Assembly: GCA_030043865.1 (NCBI GenBank)
Contig: JASHWZ010000177.1
Span: forward strand, 1-38,225
Length of the DNA: 38,225 bases
Reading direction: 5' to 3'
Source: Thermoplasmata archaeon
Lineage (GTDB): Archaea; Thermoplasmatota; Thermoplasmata; Lutacidiplasmatales; UBA184
Shown: positions 8,421 through 16,526 of the stretch, piece after piece
How positions within the stretch are numbered: position 1 is the stretch's first letter
Layout of the letters: the number at the start of each line of letters is the position of its first letter
Position numbers and translations under genes: made by a program
The notes under the pieces: generated by a model
The model's input: only the letters and a program-made list of their open reading frames with translations
Databases searched by the model: none
Told to the model about the DNA's origin: nothing

Positions 8421-9245
8421 ATGGGCACGGTGTGCGTGGAGATCGCCGTGCTCGACGACCGGCGGCTGCTCGACGCGCTCGACTCCCTCGCGGGCCAGCA
8501 CCGGCGCCCGGACCGGATCTTCATCGCGGGGTCGACGCGCAGCCCCGAAGAGCTCGTGGTCGCGGCGCGAACGCGGGTGCCCGGGGTGCCGACGGAGTTC
8601 GCGCGCTTTCCGGGGGGAGTCGTCGATGCACGCGCGGGCTCGCTCGCGCTCCTTCACGAGGAGACGACCGCGTTCTTGGACGCGGACGAGCGAGCGCCGC
8701 CGGAGTGGCTCGAGCGCGTGGTCGCCCCGATCGAGGCGGGCGCCGCCGAGTTCGCGGCGGGCCCGACCCGACCGTGGCGAGCGCCGTCCACGTCGGTCGA
8801 ACGGTACAACACGCTGCTCGAAGCGTCGATCTACCACGACCTGGTCCCCCGCCGCATCACCTACGTTCCGCTGCAGAACACCGCCTGGAAGACCTCGGTC
8901 CTCCGGGCGCTCGGATTCGACCCGCGCATCCCGTACGCTGAGGACCACGACCTCGAGAGCCGCGCGGCCAAGTCCGGGGCGCGGGGCGTCTTCGTGCCGG
9001 ACGCCTTCGTCTTCCATGACCAGGCCGATACCTCGAGCCTCTACCGATGGGCCCGGAAGCGCTACCGGTACCTCGTCGCGATGGCGATGTCGCTCCTCAA
9101 GAACGGAGAGCTCGGTGAGCGGCTCCACGAGCGACGCCCTCCCGTGGCGCACCCCTTGCGATACGTGGAATCCGCGATGAAACCGCTCGCGCTCCTCGAT
9201 GCGTCGGTCCGCTGGCGCCGGCTTCGCGGGTCCGCCGAAGCGTAG
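8421..9245 (+). CDS. Glycosyltransferase family 2-like
   Basis: ATG preceded by AGGAG at 6 nt. VEIAVLDDRRLLDALDSLAGQ... and FLDADERAPPEWL (DxD-type motif) fit a GT-A fold. Confidence 0.6.
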   Translation: MGTVCVEIAVLDDRRLLDALDSLAGQHRRPDRIFIAGSTRSPEELVVAARTRVPGVPTEFARFPGGVVDARAGSLALLHEETTAFLDADERAPPEWLERVVAPIEAGAAEFAAGPTRPWRAPSTSVERYNTLLEASIYHDLVPRRITYVPLQNTAWKTSVLRALGFDPRIPYAEDHDLESRAAKSGARGVFVPDAFVFHDQADTSSLYRWARKRYRYLVAMAMSLLKNGELGERLHERRPPVAHPLRYVESAMKPLALLDASVRWRRLRGSAEA

Positions 9246-9297
9246 GATCGGATTCCTCCTCGGAAAACCTTATCCCGACCCCGGATTCGGCGGGGCC

Positions 9298-10227
9298 ATG
9301 CCTCCCGAAACGGCGCATCCGCACGGGGTGACGAAGTCGGGCGACATCGTCCGGCTCGACTACGACCTTTGGGCGGAAGGTGGCGGCCGGACCGACCTCA
9401 TCGACACCACGCACGCCGAGGTCGCGCAAGAGGCGAAGGTGTCGGTCCCCGACGGCCAGAAGTGGGGCCCCCGTCCGCATCTGATCGGCGGAGAGTACTT
9501 CCCCGGAGGGATCGAGTCGGCGCTGGTCGGCCTCAAGGTCGGCGAGGAGGTCGAGCGCGAATTCGCACCGGCCGAGGCGTTTGGGGAGCGGGACCCGAAT
9601 CTGATCGAGCTGTTCTCGATGCACGAGATCCAGCGTCTTCCCGAGATGCGACGGGAGGACGCGCACCTCGATGTCGGCACGGTGCTCACGATCGAGGGCC
9701 GACGCGGCCGGGTCGTAACGCTCACCGCGGCCCGCGTGCGCGTCGACTTCAACCCCGCGTTCGCCGGCCGTAAGGTGCGGGCCAAGTTCAAGGTCTTGGA
9801 CCGGATCACCGAGCCGGCCGAGCAGGTCCGCGCGATCCTCGAACTGCAGTACGGACGGGGCAGCGAGTTCCACGTCGAGGCGGACGGAAAGACGATCACG
9901 CTCCGGATCCCCGAGCGGTCGAAGTTCGACATCTCTTGGATGGCCGCCAAGCCCCGGGTCATCGACCGGTTGCGGACCCAGCTGCATCCCGCGACGATCC
10001 GGATCGTGGAGGAGTACGTCACCCCCGCCGAGAAGAAGGAGGAGACGGCGAAGCCGAAATCCTCCGGGGACGAGAAGGAGCCGGCCCACGAAGCTCACCG
10101 GGCGAAGACCGGAAAGGCCGAGGACAAGGACGAGGAGGGCACCCCCGCCGCCCACGAAGGCCGGGCCCACTCGAGCGCCAAAGCGGAGCCGAAGTCGTCC
10201 GCCGCCGCGGCCGAGCCGGATACCTGA
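9298..10227 (+). CDS. FKBP-type peptidyl-prolyl cis-trans isomerase (archaeal long form with IF insert) plus K/E/A-rich tail
   Basis: ATG at 9298 (MPPETAH...). GDIVRLDYDLW..., GGIESALVGLKVGEEVEREFAPAEAFGERDP and VDFNPAFAGRKVRAKFKVL are typical of SlyD/archaeal FKBP. The last ~70 aa are low complexity. Confidence 0.8.
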   Translation: MPPETAHPHGVTKSGDIVRLDYDLWAEGGGRTDLIDTTHAEVAQEAKVSVPDGQKWGPRPHLIGGEYFPGGIESALVGLKVGEEVEREFAPAEAFGERDPNLIELFSMHEIQRLPEMRREDAHLDVGTVLTIEGRRGRVVTLTAARVRVDFNPAFAGRKVRAKFKVLDRITEPAEQVRAILELQYGRGSEFHVEADGKTITLRIPERSKFDISWMAAKPRVIDRLRTQLHPATIRIVEEYVTPAEKKEETAKPKSSGDEKEPAHEAHRAKTGKAEDKDEEGTPAAHEGRAHSSAKAEPKSSAAAAEPDT

Positions 10228-10312
10228 ACCCCCACCCCCGGGGTCCTTTCCCCCTCGGGCCCCTACGGAACCAACCGGGGGCACTTGAACGCGGGCGCTC
10301 TCGTCGCATCCG

Positions 10313-10438
10313 ATGCCCGAGCCGACCCCACCCGTGCCGCTCTCGTTCTTGATCGCCACGTTCGGTGGAGCGGCCGTCGTCGCGATCCTGATTGTCTACT
10401 TCGGGCTCCACGGCCAGATCGGCGGGCCGATCCCGTAG
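10313..10438 (+). CDS. Tentative 41-aa single-TM micro-protein
   Basis: Below the ORF-track length threshold. ATG..TAG reads MPEPTPPVPLSFLIATFGGAAVVAILIVYFGLHGQIGGPIP. About 90 percent G/C at third codon positions, like real genes here. Confidence 0.3.
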   Translation: MPEPTPPVPLSFLIATFGGAAVVAILIVYFGLHGQIGGPIP

Positions 10439-10502
10439 GTCCTCGGTGGGTCCGAGCCTAGGTCAGATAAACCGCCACGCGGTCGAAGCCGCCGTGAACG
10501 AG

Positions 10503-10628
10503 ATGGGAGTTCCCCGGGTCGCGGACCCGGACGGGCCATCGAACGTCGGCTGGTTCGCCGGGTTCGTCATCATCCTCGGGGTCCTCGCCGTCGGCGCCGT
10601 GCTGTGGTTCAGCCACCACCCGTTCTGA
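10503..10628 (+). CDS. Tentative 41-aa single-TM micro-protein
   Basis: Internal ATG of ORF 10392..10628 reads MGVPRVADPDGPSNVGWFAGFVIILGVLAVGAVLWFSHHPF. High GC3. GATAAA lies about 33 nt upstream. Overlaps the methyltransferase 3-prime end by 20 nt. Confidence 0.3.
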   Translation: MGVPRVADPDGPSNVGWFAGFVIILGVLAVGAVLWFSHHPF

Positions 10629-11175
10629 CCGCCCCGGGCGTTGCTCCGGCCGGGCGACGATACAGGTAGACGTCGGTCTCGGCGTCGTACGTCAGCGCGC
10701 GCCATCCGGGGATCTCGTGGCAGTGGCTCACGACCCTCGCGCCCGGCGGAAGCTCGGCCTCGAACTTCGACCGCAGCCGCTCCATCGCCCCGGGCCAGAG
10801 GAACGCCGTGACGACGCTGGCCGCTCGGAAGTCGAGCGAGTAGAAGTTCCCCCAACGGAGCTCGATGCGGTCGGCGAAGGGCCCGGCCGCCCGCCGTGCC
10901 TTCAAGACCAGGAACCGGATCGGCTCCACTTCGACCCCGACGACCCGTGCGCGGTAGGTACGGGCCGCGCGGAAGACGATCGCGCCGGTCCCCGCCCCGA
11001 GGTCGTACACCGTGTCGTTGGGGCCGACCTCGGCGAGCCGCAGCATCGCCTCGACCGAGCGACGGGGCGTGGGCTGGTAGCCGGCGCCGAACGCGAAGGA
11101 GGCGAAGACGAAGTACGCCACGACAGCGATCGCGCCGAGCACGACGGCCAGGAGGAGCGCCGGGTCGATGGACAT
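10609..11175 (-). CDS. Class I SAM-dependent methyltransferase with N-terminal TM anchor
   Basis: N-terminal hydrophobic helix LLLAVVLGAIAVVAYFVFASFAF, followed by motif I VYDLGAGTGAIV and VVGVEVEP. Confidence 0.7.
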   Translation of the reverse strand: MSIDPALLLAVVLGAIAVVAYFVFASFAFGAGYQPTPRRSVEAMLRLAEVGPNDTVYDLGAGTGAIVFRAARTYRARVVGVEVEPIRFLVLKARRAAGPFADRIELRWGNFYSLDFRAASVVTAFLWPGAMERLRSKFEAELPPGARVVSHCHEIPGWRALTYDAETDVYLYRRPAGATPGAVRTGGG

Positions 11176-11181
11176 CGGGGT

Positions 11182-12144
11182 TCACCGGCGGCCGATCGTC
11201 TTGGCGAGCCGGTCCGCGACCGTGTGCGGGTCGAGCGTCCGCTCCACTACCTGGTCGACCCAGTGCCGGAGCGCCGGCTCGCGCTCGAGTCGCCCGGCGA
11301 GCTCTCGACCCACCTTCTCTCGTACGAGCTCGACCACCTCGGACGATACCCGACGGCGCTCGTCCGCGCGCCGGGCGCCCGATCGGTCGAGGAACTCCTC
11401 GTGTGCCGCGATCGCGGACCATAGGTCCTCGATCCCCGACGGCTGGGTCGTGGAGGTCGAGACGATCTTCGGTCGCCATCCCGAACGATCGCTCCCGAGG
11501 GCGACGAGCTCGACCAGGTCCCGGCGCGCGACGTCCGCGCCGGGCAGGTCGGCCTTGTTGACGCAGAAGACGTCCGCGATCTCGAAGAGGCCGGCCTTGA
11601 GGGTTTGGACCTCGTCGCCCAGGTGGGGCACGAGCACCACGACGCTCGTGGTGGCGACGTCGCGCACGGCCAGGTCGACCTGGCCGCTGCCGACCGTCTC
11701 GACCAAGATCACGTCGAACCCGGCGGCGTCGAGCAGCCGTGTGACCTCCCGCGTCGCCGCCGCCACTCCCCCGACCTCGCCTCGGCTCGCCATCGAGCGG
11801 AAGAACACGCCCGCATCGTCGGCGCGCCGATCGAAGCGGATCCGGTCGCCGAGTACCGAACCCCCGGAGTACGGGCTCGACGGGTCGACCGCTACGACCG
11901 CGACCGTCCGATCGAGCTCGCGAAGGCGCGCGACGAGCTGGTTGATGAGGCTCGATTTGCCGACCCCGAGGGGTCCGGTGACGCCGACCACGGGCTTGTT
12001 CCCGGTGCGGGGATAGAGCACCCGGGTGACCGGTGCGGCGGCGGGGTCGCCGTTTTCGACTTGAGAGATGACGCGGGCGAGCACGCGCCGGTCGCCGTTC
12101 ACGATCGCCCGAGCCGCGGGCGGCATCGGCCCGGCCCGCTTCAT
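11182..12144 (-). CDS. meaB: Methylmalonyl-CoA mutase-associated G-protein chaperone MeaB/ArgK
   Basis: P-loop [31 protein letters not shown] and VNKADL are the MeaB signature. The start overlaps the upstream stop as ATGA. Confidence 0.85.
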   Translation of the reverse strand: MKRAGPMPPAARAIVNGDRRVLARVISQVENGDPAAAPVTRVLYPRTGNKPVVGVTGPLGVGKSSLINQLVARLRELDRTVAVVAVDPSSPYSGGSVLGDRIRFDRRADDAGVFFRSMASRGEVGGVAAATREVTRLLDAAGFDVILVETVGSGQVDLAVRDVATTSVVVLVPHLGDEVQTLKAGLFEIADVFCVNKADLPGADVARRDLVELVALGSDRSGWRPKIVSTSTTQPSGIEDLWSAIAAHEEFLDRSGARRADERRRVSSEVVELVREKVGRELAGRLEREPALRHWVDQVVERTLDPHTVADRLAKTIGRR

Positions 12145-12557
12145 GCCGCACTACGCGCGAGCCGCTGCGCGGTGGAAACGATCTCCTCGAGCGAAGTTCC
12201 GGGTCCGAAGATCGCCCGGATCCCGGCCTTCTTGAGCCGGCGCGCATCTTCGTCCGGAATAATCCCGCCCGCGAACACCGGGATGTCGGCGGCCTTCTCC
12301 TTCTTGAGGAGCGCGAGGACCTTCGGGAAGAGCGCCATGTGCGCGCCCGAGAGGATCGACAGCCCGATCAGGTCGACGTCCTCTTCGAGGGCGGCGCGGA
12401 CGATCTCCTCGGGGGTCTGCCGGAGGCCGGCGTAGATCACCTCGAACCCCGCGTCCCGCAGCGCTCGGGCGACGACCTTCGCGCCCCGGTCGTGCCCGTC
12501 CAGACCCGGCTTCGCGATCAGGACGCGGCGGGGGGAAACCTTCGTGTTCCGGGGCAT
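12141..12557 (-). CDS. Methylmalonyl-CoA mutase small subunit (B12-binding domain)
   Basis: Only the last 138 aa of ORF 12141..13562 are genuine. [44 protein letters not shown] carries the DxHxxG cobalamin motif. GGAGGT lies 5 nt upstream of the ATG. Confidence 0.9.
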   Translation of the reverse strand: MPRNTKVSPRRVLIAKPGLDGHDRGAKVVARALRDAGFEVIYAGLRQTPEEIVRAALEEDVDLIGLSILSGAHMALFPKVLALLKKEKAADIPVFAGGIIPDEDARRLKKAGIRAIFGPGTSLEEIVSTAQRLARSAA

Positions 12558-12590
12558 GCGACCTCCTAGCTCGAACGACGGGACCGGCGG

Positions 12591-12633
12591 AAAAAAGCTT
12601 TGGTGCGGGGTCCGCGTTCCGTCCGGCGGACGG
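12591..12633 (-). terminator. Hairpin plus T6 tract after the A24 peptidase gene
   Basis: On the minus strand, CCGTCCG-c-CGGACGG follows the TAA stop immediately, and TTTTTT (12596-12591) follows ~22 nt later. Oligo-T is the usual archaeal termination signal. Confidence 0.35.
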
Positions 12634-12634
12634 C

Positions 12635-13456
12635 TTAGAGCAGCGAGATCAGGTCCACGACCAGGTTCCCCGCGAGCAGCGCGGCGACCGCCCCGGCGGC
12701 CAGGAGCACGAGGAACGGCACCTGCGGAGTGACCCAGACTCGGGCGATCCCTTTCTCTTCGAGCTCGCGAGCGATTCGTACTCGGGAGGCTCGATCCTCC
12801 GCGGACGTCTCGGCATCCATGTCGACCTCTTCCTCCGGGACGGCCGGGTCCCGCACCCAGACGAACCGATCCGGGAGCTCCCGGACGGCGAGAGAGTACC
12901 CCGAGAATCCGCGCGGGAACCGAAACTCGTGGCGGGCGACGTTGAGCGCCGCGAGACCGACCGGAATCACGATGGAGAGCAGCGCGGCGTCCATCAACAC
13001 GGTCACGGAGAACGGAACGACCGCGAGGAGGGTCGAGGCTCCGACGCTCTGCGGCAGGAGCGGGGTCGCGAACAGCGGAAGCACGACCCCCAGGATCATC
13101 AGCGCCTTCGCGTCGGCACCGCCATAGAGCACGCCGAGCTCGAAGAGCGCCCGGGCGAACAGCACGGTCGCGAAGACCGCGAAGACCGGGATCGGCACCG
13201 CGGACGGCCCGAACCCGTAGTGCACCGCCGCGACGATCACCGTGATCGAGACCGCGAGATACGCGCCCCCCTCGATCAGGTCCGCGTGGCGTTCGACCGT
13301 GGCGCCGAGTACCTCGTCCCACGGGAGCAGATGCTCGAGCACCCACGCCCCGACCACCAGCCAGAGCCCCCACGCGAGCGTGCCGTCCGGGAGGAGGAGC
13401 GCACCGCCGAGCAGTACCCCCGCGACGCCCATCAGCTGCCACAAGCGGTCGGTCAC
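12635..13456 (-). CDS. A24 family prepilin/preflagellin peptidase (FlaK/PibD-like); true N-terminus probably upstream of 13456
   Basis: Polytopic membrane protein with [12 protein letters not shown] (second catalytic Asp motif) and a C-terminal [12 protein letters not shown] helix. The first-Asp motif [11 protein letters not shown] is encoded in frame just upstream of the GTG (see findings). Confidence 0.75.
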   Translation of the reverse strand: MTDRLWQLMGVAGVLLGGALLLPDGTLAWGLWLVVGAWVLEHLLPWDEVLGATVERHADLIEGGAYLAVSITVIVAAVHYGFGPSAVPIPVFAVFATVLFARALFELGVLYGGADAKALMILGVVLPLFATPLLPQSVGASTLLAVVPFSVTVLMDAALLSIVIPVGLAALNVARHEFRFPRGFSGYSLAVRELPDRFVWVRDPAVPEEEVDMDAETSAEDRASRVRIARELEEKGIARVWVTPQVPFLVLLAAGAVAALLAGNLVVDLISLL

Positions 13457-13594
13457 CTCTCGTTCCTTCCAGTCCGCGTAGGCGGCGTACGCGAAACCCC
13501 CGAGGAGTACTACCAGCTGGGCACCGAGGATCGCCGGCCCGAGCCCCAGCAGTTCGCTCCACCCCCCGATGGGGCTTGCGACGGCGGGCCCTCC

Positions 13595-13601
13595 TCTTAA
13601 G
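13595..13601 (-). promoter_or_regulatory. TATA-like element upstream of the A24 peptidase extended reading frame
   Basis: Minus-strand CTTAAGA lies 24 nt before the in-frame ATC codon at 13570. Confidence 0.35.
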
Positions 13602-13671
13602 GGCAGGGCCGGGAAGGCAGTCGCGTGTCGGTCGAGTGTCTTTTCTACTGCGCGCCCGCTAGCAATGGGCG

Positions 13672-14610
13672 ATGGGCGCCCCGGCGAGCGGCAGCGGAAG
13701 CCCCCCGGCCGCGATGATGCCGCCCGCAGCCCCGCCCGCGTCGCCGCCCGGGCGACGGTCGCGCCGGTGGGTCGTACCGGTCGTCGCGGCCGTGGTCGTG
13801 GTCATCGTGATCGTTGCGGCACTCTTCGCGACCGGGGTACTCCACCTCGGCTCGAGCGCCTCGAACGCGTCGTACGAGACCTTCTCCCAAGCCGAGGGGG
13901 TCGCGTCGGGGAACGCGGGGTCGGTCGCCGGCAACCCGTGGTTCGCGGCCGTCGGCGCGGGGGTCGCGACCCCGACGTCCGTCCTCGAGCCGGTGGCCAA
14001 CTTCACCTCGCTGCTCGACTCGTTCGGTTGCACGATCACCTGGACCCACGGTGAGCCGACGAACCTCGTGGTCCCGTCCACCCCGTCCAACGCGGCGACC
14101 GGGACCGCGGCGTACTGGACGTTCGGGTTCAAGAACTCGACCGACGCCCTCCTCATCGAGACCGTCTCGCTCGGAATTCCCTCGGCGCTCTTGGTCGCGA
14201 ACGGCACCGACTGCGAGAGCATCGTCGCGTACCTCGCGCCGTTCCCCTCGACCGTGCTCAACTCTCCCGCGATCGTCACGGCGGCGAACCAGGCCGGCGG
14301 CGCGACGTTCCTCGGAACGTATTCGAACGCGACCCGCGCCTGGGGAGCGATCGGCGGGATCGAGCTCGGCAGCCTCGCCACGACCTCGCCCGTCTGGGAG
14401 GTAACGTACACCTCGTGCACGTTCCCGGCGTACTCGGGGGAGACGGGCGCCACGTTCAACGCGACGGTGGCGGGTCTCACCGGCGTCGTCTCCAACAGCT
14501 CCACCGAGACCGGCGCCTGCGGCCTGACGGTGCCCACGACCCTGGTCACCCCGCTCGGCGCCGCGCTCTCGGCGGTGTCGGCACCAGCCCCCGCCCGAAA
14601 AGCTATTTAA
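13672..14610 (+). CDS. Hypothetical N-in membrane-anchored extracellular protein rich in N-glycosylation sequons
   Basis: The plus strand is chosen over the antisense ORFs because of very high GC3. The Pro/Ala/Arg N-tail is followed by the TM helix WVVPVVAAVVVVIVIVAALFA. The ~260-aa Thr/Ser/Ala/Gly-rich ectodomain has 4 Cys and 7 N-x-S/T sequons. Confidence 0.6.
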   Translation: MGAPASGSGSPPAAMMPPAAPPASPPGRRSRRWVVPVVAAVVVVIVIVAALFATGVLHLGSSASNASYETFSQAEGVASGNAGSVAGNPWFAAVGAGVATPTSVLEPVANFTSLLDSFGCTITWTHGEPTNLVVPSTPSNAATGTAAYWTFGFKNSTDALLIETVSLGIPSALLVANGTDCESIVAYLAPFPSTVLNSPAIVTAANQAGGATFLGTYSNATRAWGAIGGIELGSLATTSPVWEVTYTSCTFPAYSGETGATFNATVAGLTGVVSNSSTETGACGLTVPTTLVTPLGAALSAVSAPAPARKAI

Positions 14611-14613
14611 ATA
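14604..14613 (+). promoter_or_regulatory. TATA box for the rps6e-eif2g-trm112 operon
   Basis: TATTTAAATA lies 31 nt before ATG 14645. It contains the TAA stop of the upstream gene. Confidence 0.6.
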
Positions 14614-14644
14614 CCCTCCAAGTGCGCGGCCGCACCCACCGCTC

Positions 14645-15022
14645 ATGGTCGAGTACAAGCTGGTCATCTCCGAGCGCGAGAAGTCCCTCGCGCGCACCGT
14701 CGGCGACCCGCAGGCCGCCGGCTTCCTCGGAAAGCGGATCGGCGAGACGATCGGTGGAGAGCTGATCGGCGCGACGGGCTACACGTTCCGGATCACCGGT
14801 GGGACCGACAAGAGCGGGTTCCCGCTTCGCCCGGACGTTCCCGGCGCGCGACAAACGCGCCTGTTCGTCGGCGAAGGCTTCGGGTTCCATGCTCCCCGCC
14901 GGGGTATGCGTCGACGGCGAACGTTCCGCGGCAACACGGTCAGTGAGGATACGGTGCAGATCAACCTGATCGTCGAGCAGAAGGGCGGGAAACCGCTCGC
15001 GGAGCTCCTCGCCGCGTCATGA
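14645..15022 (+). CDS. rps6e: 30S ribosomal protein eS6
   Basis: MVEYKLVISE..., GYTFRITGGTDKSGFPLRPDVPG and RRRRTFRGNTV are the S6e signature. The TATA box TATTTAAATA lies 31 nt upstream. Confidence 0.9.
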   Translation: MVEYKLVISEREKSLARTVGDPQAAGFLGKRIGETIGGELIGATGYTFRITGGTDKSGFPLRPDVPGARQTRLFVGEGFGFHAPRRGMRRRRTFRGNTVSEDTVQINLIVEQKGGKPLAELLAAS

Positions 15023-16254
15023 AGGTCCCTCGTCAGCCCGAGGTGAACATCGGCCTCGTGGGCCATGTCGACCACGGGAAGACCACCCTCACGCAGGCGC
15101 TCACGGGCGAGTGGACCGACCGCCATTCCGAGGAGTTGAAGCGGGGGATCTCGATCAAGCTCGGCTACGCCGACGCGGCGTTCTACCTGTGCCCCGAATG
15201 CCCACCGCCGACCGGCTACACCACCGAGCCGGAGTGTCCCAACGGCCACGGACCCGCGAAGTTCCTCCGCTCGGTCTCGTTCGTCGACGCGCCGGGCCAC
15301 GAGACGCTGATGGAGACGATGCTGTCGGGGGCGGCGATCATGGACGGGGCGGTCCTCCTGGTCGCGGCCAACGAGAAGGTCCCGCAACCGCAGACCCGGG
15401 AGCACCTCTACGCGCTCGACATCATCGGCGTCCGCAAGGTCGTGGTCGTCCAGAACAAGATCGACCTCGTGACCACCGAGGCCGCGGAAGCGAACTACCG
15501 CGAGATCGTCGAGTTCCTGAAGACCGGCCCGATCGCCGAGGCTCCCGTGATCCCCGTGAGCGCCAACCACCGCGTCAACATCGACGCGCTGATCGAAGCG
15601 ATCGAGAAGACGATCCCGACCCCCGTCCGCGACCCCGCGAAGCCGCCGCTGATGTACGTCGCCCGCTCGTTCGACATCAACCGGCCGGGGACGCGCCCGG
15701 CGGCGCTCCAGGGCGGGGTCCTCGGAGGCTCGCTGATCCAGGGGAAGCTCTCGCTGGGCGAGGAGATCGAGATTCGACCCGGCCCGACCGGGGCGTCCGA
15801 CGGCCACGCCGAATCGCTCACGACCCGGATCACCTCGATCGTCTCGGGGGGCCAGGAGTGGAAGGAGCTCCGCCCGGGCGGGCTCGCGGCGATCGGCACG
15901 AGCCTCGACCCCTCCCTCGCGAAGGGGGACGGGCTCACCGGTCGACTCGTCGGCACGGCCGGGACGCTCCCACCGGTGAGCCAGAAGATACGGCTCAAGG
16001 CGACGTTGCTCGACCGGGTGCTGGGCGCCCAGCGGGAAATCAAGGTCGACAAGATCCGCACCAGCGAGACCCTGGCGGTCACCGTCGGCACGACCGTGGC
16101 GAGCGGAAAGGTCACGAGCGCGCGCGGGAACGAGGTCGAGCTCTCGCTCAACCGCGCGGTCACGGTGTTCCCTGGCAGCCGGGTCGCAGTCTCCCGCCGA
16201 CTGAACGCCTGGCGGCTGATCGGATACGGGATCGTCGAGGGAGGCTCGAAATGA
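15019..16254 (+). CDS. eif2g: Translation initiation factor aIF2 gamma subunit
   Basis: NIGLVGHVDHGKTTL (G1), DAPGHE (G3), QNKIDL (G4) and a Cys-rich knuckle. ATGA overlap with rps6e. Confidence 0.95.
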   Translation: MKVPRQPEVNIGLVGHVDHGKTTLTQALTGEWTDRHSEELKRGISIKLGYADAAFYLCPECPPPTGYTTEPECPNGHGPAKFLRSVSFVDAPGHETLMETMLSGAAIMDGAVLLVAANEKVPQPQTREHLYALDIIGVRKVVVVQNKIDLVTTEAAEANYREIVEFLKTGPIAEAPVIPVSANHRVNIDALIEAIEKTIPTPVRDPAKPPLMYVARSFDINRPGTRPAALQGGVLGGSLIQGKLSLGEEIEIRPGPTGASDGHAESLTTRITSIVSGGQEWKELRPGGLAAIGTSLDPSLAKGDGLTGRLVGTAGTLPPVSQKIRLKATLLDRVLGAQREIKVDKIRTSETLAVTVGTTVASGKVTSARGNEVELSLNRAVTVFPGSRVAVSRRLNAWRLIGYGIVEGGSK

Positions 16255-16433
16255 GGCCCGACCTGATGGAGATCCTCCGGTGCCCGGTCTGCCGCGGCGA
16301 GCTCGCGCTCGAGGTCCGGCGGAAGGACGGCGACGAGATCGTGGACGGCACGCTGCGCTGCGCGCACTGCCACGTGGACTACCCGATCCAGGACGGGATT
16401 CCCGACCTGCTGCCGCCGGACGAGCGGGCGTAG
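16251..16433 (+). CDS. trm112: Trm112-family small zinc-finger methyltransferase activator
   Basis: 60 aa from the tail of ORF 15111..16433: MRPDLMEILRCPVCRGEL...LRCAHCHVDYPIQDGIPDLL. ATGA overlap with eif2g. Confidence 0.8.
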   Translation: MRPDLMEILRCPVCRGELALEVRRKDGDEIVDGTLRCAHCHVDYPIQDGIPDLLPPDERA

Positions 16434-16436
16434 CGT

Positions 16437-16467
16437 CGACGCCCGCGAACCGCGGGGACGGGCGTCG
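16437..16467 (+). other. 9-bp GC-rich hairpin immediately after trm112
   Basis: CGACGCCCG (16437-16445) pairs with CGGGCGTCG (16459-16467) across a 13-nt loop that contains CCGCGG. There is no T tract. Confidence 0.3.
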
Positions 16468-16526
16468 TACGGTCGACCTGCGGTTCGAGCCCAAGGGTTA
16501 AGCGGGGCCGACCGAAACGGCGCCCG

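Noticed and set aside
12558-13562. Upstream 335 aa of the 473-aa ORF 12141..13562.
   Set aside because: Only the last 138 aa (from ATG 12557, with GGAGGT upstream) form the B12-binding domain. The rest is an Arg/Gly-rich frame overlapping the genuine A24 peptidase gene.
13659-14549. 296-aa antisense ORF opposite the sequon-rich membrane protein, with a fairly protein-like composition.
   Set aside because: Third-codon-position G/C is strongly biased in the plus-strand frame (13672..14610). The plus frame also has a clean TM anchor and an upstream AT-rich element. The antisense frame is the usual mirror ORF.
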